NCBI GenBank assembly: GCA_050258655.1
Contig: JBLMZF010000106.1
Coordinates: forward strand, 2,669-66,668
Length of the DNA stretch: 64,000 bases
From: Deltaproteobacteria bacterium
GTDB taxonomy: Bacteria > Omnitrophota > Gorgyraeia > Gygaellales > Profunditerraquicolaceae
Direction of reading: 5' to 3'
In this document: positions 23,169 to 33,019 of the stretch, in pieces
Numbering within the stretch: position 1 is the stretch's first letter
How the letters are laid out: each line of letters opens with the position of its first letter
Translations under genes and position numbers: made by a program
The notes under the pieces: model-generated
What the model was told of the DNA's origin: nothing
Seen by the model: only the letters and a program-made list of their open reading frames with translations
Database searches by the model: none

Positions 23169-23303
23169 ACCCCCGCCAATTGCGAGGAGATCCTAAAAGG
23201 ATCGACGACGCGCGTAATTGGCGGGGTAAATTTTCCCCGCAAGAAATCGACGAAGCGCTTAACTGACGGGGTATTTATTTCGCTTGGCCCTCGACGAAGC
23301 GCT
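23169..23303. repeat. REP-like hairpin cluster downstream of tRNA-Leu
   Basis: CCCCGCCAATT...AATTGGCGGGG long stem with inner GATCCT/AGGATC; TCGACGAMGCGC occurs three times. Confidence 0.55.
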
Positions 23304-23307
23304 TCTT

Positions 23308-23979
23308 TTATTTCGCCTGTTTTTCCTGCTTGACGGCCGCGGCCCTGGCCTTGCGGAGCATCGCGTTCTGGTTCAGGTAGGGTATGATGCCCCGGTAGAT
23401 GCGGTAGGCGATGATCTTGTAGCCTTTACCGTTGGGATGGATCGGGTCGCTCTTGAGATCGGGATTGGTGATGATGCCGTCGAGCAGGTGCGGGATGAGG
23501 ATCACGCCGTACTTCCTGCTCATCTTCCTGAACTCCGCCCCGTACTGCTCCATGAAAAAACTGGTGCTGATATCCGCCAGCGCCACCATCACGCCTTGCT
23601 TCTGCAGGACCTGGATCATCTGTTCGACATTGGCGAAAGTCTCTGCCGAAGGCGTCTTGCCGAGGAAATCGTTCCCCCCGAACTCGATGATCACGATCAA
23701 CGGGTCGCGTTCGAGGACATCCGTCTTCAGCCTCTTGAGGGCTTCGCCGGTCGTGTCGCTGTTTATGCCGGCGTTGATGACATGCAGCCTGGTCATCGAT
23801 GCCAGCAGCGACGGGTAATCCATTCCCGGCCCGGAACCTTTGCCGTGAGTGATGCTGTCACCGAAGCAAATGATGTTGTTCCCCTGCGACTCAAGGTTGG
23901 CGATGTTGCTTTTCGTGCAGCCCCCGATCAGGGAAAAAGCGGTAACGGCGGCGATTATGGGAAGGACGATCTTTTTCAT
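23308..23979 (-). CDS. SGNH/GDSL arylesterase-like lipoprotein
   Basis: FGDSIT, NAG, GGND, DPIHPN. Confidence 0.9.
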   Translation of the reverse strand: MKKIVLPIIAAVTAFSLIGGCTKSNIANLESQGNNIICFGDSITHGKGSGPGMDYPSLLASMTRLHVINAGINSDTTGEALKRLKTDVLERDPLIVIIEFGGNDFLGKTPSAETFANVEQMIQVLQKQGVMVALADISTSFFMEQYGAEFRKMSRKYGVILIPHLLDGIITNPDLKSDPIHPNGKGYKIIAYRIYRGIIPYLNQNAMLRKARAAAVKQEKQAK

Positions 23980-23989
23980 CACTCGTATA

Positions 23990-25057
23990 CTATAATCTCA
24001 AATCCCCGTCTATGCCAGATTTTTTTTCGTATCGCAGCCTCAGCTGGCCGCACGCCGCGTCGATATCCTGGCCGCGCGGGGTCCTCACCGTGACCTGGAC
24101 CCCGGCATTCTCCAGATCATCCCTGAACGCCGCCACTTTTTTCCGGTCAGGGGCTTTCCACTGTTGTCCCAGCGCTTTGTCCAGGACCGGATTGAACGGT
24201 ATCAGGTTGACCTTGCTGATGAACCCCCGCATCAAAGCGGTCAATTTTTTCGCGTCGTCGGCACCGGCGTTAAGCCCTTCGATGAGGATGTACTCGAACG
24301 TCACCTGCCGTTTGGTCTTCTCCGCGTACTCCTGACAGACCGGGATAAGCTCACCCAGAGGATACCGCTTGTTCACCGGCATTATCTTGTCCCTCGTCTT
24401 ATCGTCTGCGGCATGGAGCGAGATGGAAAGCTCGATCTGCAGGCCCTCTTCCGCCAGCTTCTTTATCCCAGGGACGATCCCGCATGTCGAAATGGTTATC
24501 CTGCGGGCGCCGATGCCGAAAGCGTCCGGCGAATTGATCAGCCTGACCGCGTCCATCACGTTGTCATAATTGTCCAGCGGCTCGCCGGTACCCATGAAGA
24601 CCACGTGCGAGACGTCCTTGTCTTTCCCGCAGTCCTTTACCAGCAGGAGCTCCCCGGCCATCTCGCCGGCCGAAAGGTCCCGCCTGTAGCCCAGCTTCCC
24701 GCTGGCGCAGAAAACGCAGGCATATTTGCACCCTGCCTGACTGGAGATGCAGGCGGTCATCCGCTTCTCCGTCGGTATCGCGACCGCTTCAATGAACGCA
24801 CCCTCGCCGAGCCTGATAAGGAGCTTTTGCGTACCGTCCTTCGACCGCTGGACCGTCTCCACTCCCAGCCCGGTGACCCGGAACTTCTCCTTGAGCTGCT
24901 GCCGCAGGAATGCTGGAAGATCGCTCATCCCGTCGAAATCGAGCGCACCCTTCTTGTAGATCCAGGAAAAGACCTGCCGCGCGCGGAACGCCGGCTGCCC
25001 CAGGTCCTTGAACGTCCGCTCCAGTTCCTTGAGTCCCAGTCCGACTATGTCTTTCAT
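23990..25057 (-). CDS. rlmN: 23S rRNA/tRNA m2A methyltransferase RlmN
   Basis: CISSQAGCKYACVFC, MGTGEP, SLHA, AACGQL. Confidence 0.96.
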   Translation of the reverse strand: MKDIVGLGLKELERTFKDLGQPAFRARQVFSWIYKKGALDFDGMSDLPAFLRQQLKEKFRVTGLGVETVQRSKDGTQKLLIRLGEGAFIEAVAIPTEKRMTACISSQAGCKYACVFCASGKLGYRRDLSAGEMAGELLLVKDCGKDKDVSHVVFMGTGEPLDNYDNVMDAVRLINSPDAFGIGARRITISTCGIVPGIKKLAEEGLQIELSISLHAADDKTRDKIMPVNKRYPLGELIPVCQEYAEKTKRQVTFEYILIEGLNAGADDAKKLTALMRGFISKVNLIPFNPVLDKALGQQWKAPDRKKVAAFRDDLENAGVQVTVRTPRGQDIDAACGQLRLRYEKKSGIDGDLRL

Positions 25058-26373
25058 TGCTCCTTCTCCCCGCGGACATCCTGGGCCGCGCCGATAAAAG
25101 GATTGAAACCGAGGACGCTGTAGAAAAGGTCCCGGCTCGATATCTCCTCCGCCTTGCGCACTTCCTTTATCTTCGTCAGGAGGAACCCGGCCACGAGGAA
25201 GCGCAGCGTACCGGCGATAAGGAAAAGGCTGAGCAGCTTGTAGCCGAACAGCGGCGGCATAAAGCCGACCGCGCAGCCTCCGGAGATAGCTCCCAGGAAC
25301 GTGGCGATGCCGGCGAAGACGTTAAAGTAGGCGATACAGCGCGTGCGCTTGCCCGCTGTGACCGCGTCATAGATGAAGTTGCTTACGCAGAGGTTGAAGC
25401 CGGCCCAGGCGAAGCCGGAGAGCACCTGCGCGAAAAGCAGGAACGCGGGATGCCGGTTGAGGACCCAGAGTATCGGGAGGCTGGCGATGAAGAACGAGGT
25501 GAACCTGATGATGCGCAGGTTCCCCACCTTGTCGGCGAACCTCCCCCACCGGTTGATCGTGGCGATGCTGGTCACTGTCACGGAGGCATTGAGGAAGAAG
25601 TACGTGAGGTAGTTGAACTTGAGGTCGCGCAGCATGAAGACCGAGAAGAACGGCGCCGCGAAGTTGACCGCGAAATGGAAGCAGGCGATGAAGACGACGA
25701 ACTTGGCGTAGTTGGAATGGCGGAAGCGCGCCAGGAAACGGTACATGCTGAAATAGTTCTCGTGCTTGACCACGTATTTCGGCTCGTACATCCGGTTCAG
25801 GAAGAACCAGGAGACCACGCGCGAGAGGAACGCCACCGACAGGATGATCCCGAACGCCAGCTGCTGGCGGCCATGGAGGGAGAAAAGGATCGCGCCCGAG
25901 ACGAACGAGAAGGTGATCGTGACGACGTTCATGACCCGCGAACGCCAGCCGAAATACCTGCCGCGCATCCCGGTCGGCACGTACTCCGAAATAAGGCTCG
26001 ACCAGGCGGGAGTGGCCAGGGCGGAAAAACCGTTGAACAGGGCGACAAAGACTATCAACGCGGTGACGCCGTCGCCGGGGAAAAGGTACGGGATCAGCAT
26101 CATCGGCAGGAGCATCAGCGCCTGCAGGTAGACGAACCCGACCACCATCTTCTTGCGGCTCTTCACCCGCTCGGTGATGTCAGGCGCCTTGAGCTGCACG
26201 ATCGAGGAGACCAGGCTTGTCGCCGCGGTCAGGTACCCGATCTGTTGTGTCGACGCCTTAAGCCACAGGGCGTACGGCGTGACATAGTCCGCGATCAGGC
26301 CATTCATGATGGAACAGAAAAACCCGTCCCAGAAAGACGCCCGCAGGCTGTTCTTGATCCTGTTCGTTTTCAT
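25054..26373 (-). CDS. MFS transporter
   Basis: About 12 TMs, RGRYFG, WGRFADKVGN. Confidence 0.85.
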   Translation of the reverse strand: MKTNRIKNSLRASFWDGFFCSIMNGLIADYVTPYALWLKASTQQIGYLTAATSLVSSIVQLKAPDITERVKSRKKMVVGFVYLQALMLLPMMLIPYLFPGDGVTALIVFVALFNGFSALATPAWSSLISEYVPTGMRGRYFGWRSRVMNVVTITFSFVSGAILFSLHGRQQLAFGIILSVAFLSRVVSWFFLNRMYEPKYVVKHENYFSMYRFLARFRHSNYAKFVVFIACFHFAVNFAAPFFSVFMLRDLKFNYLTYFFLNASVTVTSIATINRWGRFADKVGNLRIIRFTSFFIASLPILWVLNRHPAFLLFAQVLSGFAWAGFNLCVSNFIYDAVTAGKRTRCIAYFNVFAGIATFLGAISGGCAVGFMPPLFGYKLLSLFLIAGTLRFLVAGFLLTKIKEVRKAEEISSRDLFYSVLGFNPFIGAAQDVRGEKEQ

Positions 26374-26398
26374 AGGGGGAACAAAAACCTATTTCGGG

Positions 26399-27022
26399 TT
26401 ATTTTTTACGGAGACAGCGTTTAAGCTCGCGATCGAGCGCGTCGAGCCCCTGCCGGTTGAAAAGCCGGGCAAGGGCGAACACCCGCACCGCTTCCTCGAG
26501 GATCTCCACCCGCTCCAGCGCCTGGCCGAGCGTGGCGGCTTTCGAGAAGACGCCATGGTTGCGGATCACGGTAAGAGGGTTGCGCCGAAGGGCTTCGATG
26601 ACCGGCTTCGGGTCGGTCACGGTCAGGCTCTTCTGCCTGACGACCGGCACGTCGCCCAGATAATACCGCGATTCGAAGGTCAGGTAGCGCAGCCGCGGGT
26701 AAAGGCAGAAATACGCGTTGATGAACGACGGGTGGCAGTGGACGACGGCCCCGGTATCCGGGAACGAAAGATAGATAAGACGATGGAGCGGGGATTCGGA
26801 GCTCGGTTTCCGCGGGCCCGCGGTCTTGCCCGAGGCCAGGTCGATGATAACGATATCGGAAGGAGAAAGTTTTCCCAGCCTGCTGCCCGTCGCGGTGATC
26901 AGGGCCCGCTTACTGTCCAGCCGGCAGCTCAGATTGCCGGCTGCGGCCGTCACCAGCCCCATGCCGGCAAGCTTCTTCCCGGTGGCGATGATACCTTTGA
27001 TGAGTCGTTCCCTGTCGGGCAT
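26399..27022 (-). CDS. Class II aldolase/adducin family protein
   Basis: GNLS, PSSE, HCH, NHG metal-binding motifs. Confidence 0.88.
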   Translation of the reverse strand: MPDRERLIKGIIATGKKLAGMGLVTAAAGNLSCRLDSKRALITATGSRLGKLSPSDIVIIDLASGKTAGPRKPSSESPLHRLIYLSFPDTGAVVHCHPSFINAYFCLYPRLRYLTFESRYYLGDVPVVRQKSLTVTDPKPVIEALRRNPLTVIRNHGVFSKAATLGQALERVEILEEAVRVFALARLFNRQGLDALDRELKRCLRKK

Positions 27023-27025
27023 GCG

Positions 27026-27289
27026 TTAGAAGCAGGCGTTGACGAGCTTTGTCTTGACTCCCTTGATCTTGTTCAACGACGCCGCCAGTTTCTTGTGCTG
27101 GCGCGTGTCACCGACGAGCTCGAGGACGATCAGCCCCGCGTTGGAGCATTTGCTGCCGGCATCGTGGAGACCCAGGCGCGTCCTGATGACGCAGCCGAAA
27201 TCAGTGAAGACCGACTGAACGCAGGTGGCAGTATCGCGCCTTTTAGGCTGCAGAACCAGCAAGATCGCCTTGCACGTGATCCCGTCCAT
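27026..27289 (-). CDS. Small ACT-like protein (TM1266 / iron-only hydrogenase regulator-like)
   Basis: VQSVFTDFGCVIRTRLGLH...GLIVLEL.G...L..I.GV. Confidence 0.65.
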   Translation of the reverse strand: MDGITCKAILLVLQPKRRDTATCVQSVFTDFGCVIRTRLGLHDAGSKCSNAGLIVLELVGDTRQHKKLAASLNKIKGVKTKLVNACF

Positions 27290-27361
27290 ACCTTCTCCTT
27301 TTTTTGGGGGAGGTCAGGTTTATTATAGCAGAATAGCAAAGCCGAATCTATAGGTAATCCT

Positions 27362-27418
27362 GGTGACGGGTTCCCTCGGGACACTCCTGAAGGAATGTCC
27401 CTCGTTAACCCGTCCCCG
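27362..27418. repeat. Long imperfect hairpin GACGGGTT..GGGACA..TGTCCC..AACCCGTC
   Basis: Nested inverted repeats read directly, downstream of dusB. Confidence 0.55.
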
Positions 27419-27427
27419 GTACGTCCC

Positions 27428-28423
27428 TCAATGACCCGTCCCCTCCACGCCGCGCTGCGGCTGCAGCGTACAGAATTCCTCTACGAGCGCGACCATCTCG
27501 TCGCGCTTCTTGATATGGCTGACCTTCTCGCGGACAGGGCGCACACCGCGGAAACCCCTGGTGTACCAGCCGAAGAACTTGCGGAAAAGGATGACCGCCG
27601 TCTTTTCACCGTAGAAATCCGCGGTCGCGTCGAGGTGCTCGACCATCACCCTGCCGATCTCATGGGCATCGGGCCGGGGAGGAACGGGCTCGCCTTTGAA
27701 ATGCGCGTCCAGTTCCCTGAAGATCCAGGGATTCCCCAGCGAACCCCGCGCGACCGTCACTCCGTCGCATCCCGTCTCGTCGAACATCTTTTTCGCCAGT
27801 TCAGGCGAGAAGATATCCCCGCTTCCGATCACCGGTATGGACAGGGCCTTCTTCACGTCGCGGATGACCGTGTAATCGACTTTCCCGGCGTACAGCTGCA
27901 TCTTCGTCCTGCCGTGGATGAACACCGCTTTGACCCCGGCCTCCTGGCAGCGCAGCGCGACCTCGCGCGCGTTCACCGAGTCCTTGTCCCAGCCGGCGCG
28001 TATCTTCACCGTCACCGGAAGCTTCGTGTTCTTCACGACCAGCTTGAGCAGGCGCTGGAGCTTGACCGGGTCCTTGAGCAGGCTCGAGCCTTCCCCCCTG
28101 CGCGTCACCTTCTTTTCCGGGCAGGCGGCGTTGAAATCGAGCAGGTCGAAATCGTAGCGGCTCAGCACATCCAGCCCGCGCTCGATGAACGCCGGTTCGC
28201 ATCCCAGTATCTGCACGCCCAGCGGCCGGTCCTTACCCTCGGACTGGAGCATACCTTTGGTCTTGCGGCTCTTATGGCTCAGGCAGCGCACGTTGATCAT
28301 CTCGACGAACGCGAACGGACAGCCGAAACGGCGGTTGAGCAGCCGGTAAGGCAGGTCGGTTATGCCGGCCAGCGGAGCGAGCATGAAACGGGAATCCAGT
28401 TTTAGCGGTCCAATTTTCAGCAT
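27428..28423 (-). CDS. dusB: tRNA dihydrouridine synthase
   Basis: LAPLAG, NAACP, TVKIRAGWD, HGRT, ARGSLGNPW. Confidence 0.92.
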   Translation of the reverse strand: MLKIGPLKLDSRFMLAPLAGITDLPYRLLNRRFGCPFAFVEMINVRCLSHKSRKTKGMLQSEGKDRPLGVQILGCEPAFIERGLDVLSRYDFDLLDFNAACPEKKVTRRGEGSSLLKDPVKLQRLLKLVVKNTKLPVTVKIRAGWDKDSVNAREVALRCQEAGVKAVFIHGRTKMQLYAGKVDYTVIRDVKKALSIPVIGSGDIFSPELAKKMFDETGCDGVTVARGSLGNPWIFRELDAHFKGEPVPPRPDAHEIGRVMVEHLDATADFYGEKTAVILFRKFFGWYTRGFRGVRPVREKVSHIKKRDEMVALVEEFCTLQPQRGVEGTGH

Positions 28424-28454
28424 GTGGCAGGAAAGGTCCGGGGAAAGGATGGAA

Positions 28455-29408
28455 TTACTGCTCCAGGAAGACTCCCATCTTCCGGAATTTCTCGTATCTG
28501 AGTTTCAGCAGGTCCTCAGGCTTGAGCACCGTAAGGTCCTTGAGCCCGCGCTTGAGCGCGTCCCTGATCGCTTCGGCGGCCTTTTGGGGTTCGCGGTGGG
28601 CGCCTCCCATCGGCTCGGGGATCACCTCGTCGATGATCCCCAGCTTGAGCAGGTCCTGCCCGGTGAGCTTGAGCACTTCGGCGGCGGTGGATGCCTTGGC
28701 ACTGCTTTTCCAGAGGATCGCCGCGCACCCTTCAGGCGAGATGACGGAATAATAAGAGTTCTCCATGACCATGACACGGTCGGTCACGCCGATACCCAAC
28801 GCGCCGCCAGACCCGCCTTCGCCGATCACGGTGGCGATCATCGGGACGGATACGGCCATCATCTCGCGGAGGTTGAACGCGATCGCCTGCGCTTGGCCGC
28901 GCTCCTCGGCCCCGATGCCGGGATAGGCGCCGGGCGTATCGATGAAGATGATAACGGGAAGGCTGAACTTCTCGGCCATCTGCATCAGCCTGAGCGCCTT
29001 GCGGTATCCCTCGGGATGGGCGCACCCGAAATTCCTGCTCAGGTTATCCTTGAGGTCCCGCCCCTTCTGGTGGCCCATCACCACGACCTTGCGGTCGCCG
29101 AACATCGCCAGGCCGCCGATCAGCGCCTTGTCGTCGGAATAGAGCCTGTCGCCGTGCAGCTCGGTGAAATCGGTGAAGAGCATGCGGATGTAATCGAGCG
29201 TGTACGGCCGCTGGGGATGGCGCGCGATCTGCACGCGCTGCCAGGGCGTCAGCCGCGAATAGATCTCCTTCTTGAGCGCATCAAGCTTGTCCTCGAGCCT
29301 CTTCACTTCGGTGGAAAGGTCGATCTTCTTATCGGCCGTGAAGCTTTTGAGCTCCTCTATCTTCTTCTCAAGCTCTATGATGGGTTTTTCGAAATCGAGA
29401 CCAGCCAT
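28455..29408 (-). CDS. accA: Acetyl-CoA carboxylase carboxyltransferase alpha
   Basis: [33 protein letters not shown]. Confidence 0.97.
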   Translation of the reverse strand: MAGLDFEKPIIELEKKIEELKSFTADKKIDLSTEVKRLEDKLDALKKEIYSRLTPWQRVQIARHPQRPYTLDYIRMLFTDFTELHGDRLYSDDKALIGGLAMFGDRKVVVMGHQKGRDLKDNLSRNFGCAHPEGYRKALRLMQMAEKFSLPVIIFIDTPGAYPGIGAEERGQAQAIAFNLREMMAVSVPMIATVIGEGGSGGALGIGVTDRVMVMENSYYSVISPEGCAAILWKSSAKASTAAEVLKLTGQDLLKLGIIDEVIPEPMGGAHREPQKAAEAIRDALKRGLKDLTVLKPEDLLKLRYEKFRKMGVFLEQ

Positions 29409-29441
29409 TAGGCGTTATCCATTCCTTATATTTTCGGCAGT

Positions 29442-30245
29442 TTAGTTGACGATAGTGACTTCGGTGCCCTGAGGGACGATCGAGTAAAGCTCCTCCACGT
29501 CCCTGTTCGACATGCGCACGCAGCCGGCCGTGGCCTGTTTCCCCAGGCTGTCCGGAAGCGTCGTGCCGTGGATGCCATACCCCTCCTTGTCGAAACCCAT
29601 CCAACGGGTGCCGAGGATGTTCTCGGGGCTGGACGCGGGGATGGCCTTATTGTCCTTGTACCAGGTGGGGTTGGTGATCTTCTCGATGATCCTGAACGTG
29701 CCCACGGGCGTGCAGTTGTCGTGGCCCGTGGCGACGGTATAGGTCTTCATCACTTCCTCGTCGCACTTGAGCAGCAGCGTGTTCTCGGACTTGTCTACGA
29801 GGATCGTGAAGGGCGCGTTCCACACCTTGAGCCTCATGCCCGGATAGATGCGGTCGGCGGAGACGTTGTTGGCTTTGCGGATCAGCTCCACGGTCGTCTT
29901 ATGGTCGCGCGCTATCTTCTCAAGGGAATCCCCGGCCATGACAACGTACTCGATGCTCCTGGGGGTCATGATCGGCGAGAAAAGGAGCTCTATATTGAGC
30001 TGTTCAGCCTTACGCTGCCACTGGATCACGTCCCTGTTATTAGGCTGGTCGGAGACAAGCTTCTGATACGCGGCCTTTGCCGCCAGCAGCTTGCCCTGGG
30101 CCTCGAGCCCCGCCGCTTCCGCCGCCGGGCCGGTCACCGGCGCCCGGGAAGGAGCCGAGCCGTGCGCGCCGAGCAAAAGGCGCAGGATGACAGCGAAAAG
30201 GATACCGCATACCGCGGCGATGATGATAAAGTTCTTCTTGTTCAC
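29442..30245 (-). CDS. LysM domain L,D-transpeptidase
   Basis: LysM (GDSLEKIA), YGIHGT...ATAGCVRM. Confidence 0.92.
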   Translation of the reverse strand: MNKKNFIIIAAVCGILFAVILRLLLGAHGSAPSRAPVTGPAAEAAGLEAQGKLLAAKAAYQKLVSDQPNNRDVIQWQRKAEQLNIELLFSPIMTPRSIEYVVMAGDSLEKIARDHKTTVELIRKANNVSADRIYPGMRLKVWNAPFTILVDKSENTLLLKCDEEVMKTYTVATGHDNCTPVGTFRIIEKITNPTWYKDNKAIPASSPENILGTRWMGFDKEGYGIHGTTLPDSLGKQATAGCVRMSNRDVEELYSIVPQGTEVTIVN

Positions 30246-30260
30246 GGATGTCTCCTCGGC

Positions 30261-30707
30261 CTACTGTGCGACGATAGCGATAGCAACCCCGAGCACGAAA
30301 CCGGCAATGACCTCGATCGGCGTGTGCCCGATAAGCTCCCTGAGCCGGCCTTCCTTGATCTTACCCTGCCAGTAAATGTCGTCCATGATGCGGTTGAGTA
30401 TCTGGGCCTGGCGCCCGGACGCCCTCCTGACCCCCTGCGCGTCGAACATGACCACGATCGCGAAGGACGCGGCCAGCGCGAAATGGACGCTGTCGAAACC
30501 GTAACTGAGGCCTATCGCGGTGGCAAGGCAGCTGGCGCCGGCGGTGTGGCTTGAAGGCATGCCGCCTGTCCCCACAAACCAGCGGAAATCGAACCGCCTC
30601 TGCCTGATCACGCCGATGATCACTTTGATCGTCTGCGCGATGACCCAGGCGGAAAGCGTGGTGATGAATATCTTGTTGTGATACAGCTCGGTGAGTATGT
30701 CTCTCAT
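30261..30707 (-). CDS. Divergent PAP2 family (DUF212) protein
   Basis: GGMPSSHTA, DAQGVRR, GHTP. Confidence 0.92.
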   Translation of the reverse strand: MRDILTELYHNKIFITTLSAWVIAQTIKVIIGVIRQRRFDFRWFVGTGGMPSSHTAGASCLATAIGLSYGFDSVHFALAASFAIVVMFDAQGVRRASGRQAQILNRIMDDIYWQGKIKEGRLRELIGHTPIEVIAGFVLGVAIAIVAQ

Positions 30708-30710
30708 TGA

Positions 30711-31334
30711 TTATTCAGCAGGAGCGGGGAGAGGAACGACTTCTATCTTTATCCTGGTCGGAAAAGTGGTCTTGCCGTCCTTGATCATGTACCCGCCGTT
30801 GCCCAGCACGAGGTGTTCCTGCTCGAGCCGCTGGGTGATCTCATGGCGCGCGCCTCCCAGCTTGCGTTTGAGGTCGTGGATCGCCTTTTTGAGCTCGATC
30901 AGCGAACTGAGCCTGGCCGCGAGAAGCTCTTTCTCCTTCACGGCGGCGTCCGTCTGGCCGCGGAGCTCCCCTGCCTGACGGACCAGCGCGGCGTTCTCCG
31001 CCTTCGCCAGCGAGATCTGGTTGTTCAGGTCCTCGACCGTGGTCTGGGCGGCCTGCAGGTCGGCTTTGAGCTTGAGAAGATCCTCCTGGCTTACCTTCAG
31101 CTGCTGCTGGAGACCGGCATTCTCTTCAGTAAGCGCTTTTTCCTTTATCCGGCTGCTCTCAAGGTCATGGCTCAGAGCGGCTTTCTCGCCTCTAAGCGCA
31201 GTCACCTGTTCATCGGCCAGCTTGACCTGCCCCTGCAGGTCGAATTTCTCCTGCAAGGAGGAAAAGTACTTGTAGCCGCTGAAAATAGTGATGCCGGACA
31301 AAAGCGCTATAAATGCCGGTTTTAGTGCTTTCAT
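30711..31334 (-). CDS. Hypothetical membrane-anchored coiled-coil protein
   Basis: TM plus heptad pattern, C-terminal GNGGY..KDG. Confidence 0.7.
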   Translation of the reverse strand: MKALKPAFIALLSGITIFSGYKYFSSLQEKFDLQGQVKLADEQVTALRGEKAALSHDLESSRIKEKALTEENAGLQQQLKVSQEDLLKLKADLQAAQTTVEDLNNQISLAKAENAALVRQAGELRGQTDAAVKEKELLAARLSSLIELKKAIHDLKRKLGGARHEITQRLEQEHLVLGNGGYMIKDGKTTFPTRIKIEVVPLPAPAE

Positions 31335-31486
31335 ATGGATTCCTTTCCTGCATAATTATAGCGATGCGAGTAATAAAAAGCAAGATTTTTCCAAAAAAGC
31401 GTTAGATTCGAATTTCCCGCCTGTCTATTATAGGTAAGGAACGGTTTGCACACGTGTGCATGTTCCGAACGGCAAAAGGAGCTCTT

Positions 31487-33010
31487 ATGCTTGCGAAAAC
31501 ACTTGGGGCTGGCCTGGCCGGCATCGAAGCCTGTCCAGTAGAGATCGAAGTCGATGTGACAAAAGGACTTCCGGCGTTTAACATCGCCGGGCTGGTGGAT
31601 ACCGCGGTAAAAGAAAGCCGCGTGCGGGTCAAGACCGCGATAAAGAACTCGGGTTACAAATGGCCGAACGAACGCATAACCGTGAACCTGGCGCCCAGCA
31701 GTATAAAGAAAGAAGGGGCCGGATTCGACCTGGCCATCGCTCTCGCGCTGCTTGCGGCAAGCGAGCAACTGGGTCAGGAACACCTGCGCCGGTTCTGCAT
31801 CCTGGGGGAGCTTTCCCTCGACGGTATGGTCCGGCCGGTGCGCGGTATCCTGCCTGTCTGTCTGGGGATGAAGCGGCGCCGGGTGGAAGCCATCATCGTG
31901 GCCGAACAGAACGCCGGGGAAGCGGCGATGGTGGAAGGCATCAGGGTCTTCCCTGTCCGGTCGCTCGCCCAGGCCGTGCAACTGGTCAGCGAGCCGGGAC
32001 TCGTCGCGCCTTATGTCATCGATCGGGAAACTGTTTTCAATGGGGAACCGGATTACGCGATAGACTTCTCGGAAGTGAGCGGGCAGCACTCAGCGAAGCG
32101 CGCGGTCGAAGTAGCCGCCGCGGGCAACCATAATCTGCTTCTGATCGGACCGCCGGGAAGCGGCAAGACCATGCTTGCCCGGCGCATCCCCACGATCCTC
32201 CCTTCCCTGAATGTTGAAGAAGCTTTGGAGACCACCAAGATCCATTCGGCGGCGGGACTGCTCAGGCAAAAAGAAGCGGTCATAACCCGGCACCCCTTCC
32301 GTTCGCCGCACCACACGATATCATACTCCTCCCTCATCGGAGGCGGCCCCTCCCCGCAGCCGGGAGAGATAAGCCTGGCGCACAACGGAGTCCTTTTCCT
32401 CGACGAGCTGCCGGAATTCCACAGGGACGCGCTGGAAGCACTCCGCCAGCCGCTGGAAGAAGGATCCATCCGCATCACCCGTTCGCACCGGTCGCATCTT
32501 TTCCCCGCCTCGTTCATGCTTGTCTGTTCGATGAACCCCTGCCCCTGCGGTTTTCTGGGGGACGCGCGCAGGGCGTGCCGCTGCAACCAGGGAAAGATCG
32601 CCGCTTACATGGGCAAGGTCTCGGGCCCGCTGCTCGACCGCATCGACATCCACGTCGAGCTTCCCGCAGTCCCTTATAAGGAACTGGCGGACCCGCAGGG
32701 AGCCGAGCCCTCCGCGATGATACGGCAACGGGTGGCGCAGGCCAGGGCCGTGCAGAAGGAGCGGTTCAGGGAGAAAGGGATAAGCTGCAACGCGGCGATG
32801 ACGCGCCGGATGATCAGGGAGTTCTGCCGGCCGGACGAGGAAGGGCAGAAACTGCTGAAGATGGCGGTGACCGAACTGGGACTGTCGGCGAGGGCGTACG
32901 ACAAGGTCCTCAAGATCTCGCGCACTGTCGCCGACCTGGCAGGGACGCAGGAGATCAGGCCCGACCATATCGCCGAGGCCGTCCAGTACCGCAGCCTGGA
33001 CAAGACGTGA
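31487..33010 (+). CDS. comM: YifB/ComM Mg-chelatase-like AAA ATPase
   Basis: VNLAP, GPPGSGKTMLA, RSPHH, LDELPEF, CPCG; ATG 31487 with an AAGGAG SD. Confidence 0.92.
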   Translation: MLAKTLGAGLAGIEACPVEIEVDVTKGLPAFNIAGLVDTAVKESRVRVKTAIKNSGYKWPNERITVNLAPSSIKKEGAGFDLAIALALLAASEQLGQEHLRRFCILGELSLDGMVRPVRGILPVCLGMKRRRVEAIIVAEQNAGEAAMVEGIRVFPVRSLAQAVQLVSEPGLVAPYVIDRETVFNGEPDYAIDFSEVSGQHSAKRAVEVAAAGNHNLLLIGPPGSGKTMLARRIPTILPSLNVEEALETTKIHSAAGLLRQKEAVITRHPFRSPHHTISYSSLIGGGPSPQPGEISLAHNGVLFLDELPEFHRDALEALRQPLEEGSIRITRSHRSHLFPASFMLVCSMNPCPCGFLGDARRACRCNQGKIAAYMGKVSGPLLDRIDIHVELPAVPYKELADPQGAEPSAMIRQRVAQARAVQKERFREKGISCNAAMTRRMIREFCRPDEEGQKLLKMAVTELGLSARAYDKVLKISRTVADLAGTQEIRPDHIAEAVQYRSLDKT

Positions 33011-33019
33011 GAGAGGTTG

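Noticed and set aside
22948-23303. Possible CRISPR mini-array around tRNA-Leu
   Set aside because: Repeats are too short and irregular, there are no constant-length spacers, and there are no cas genes.
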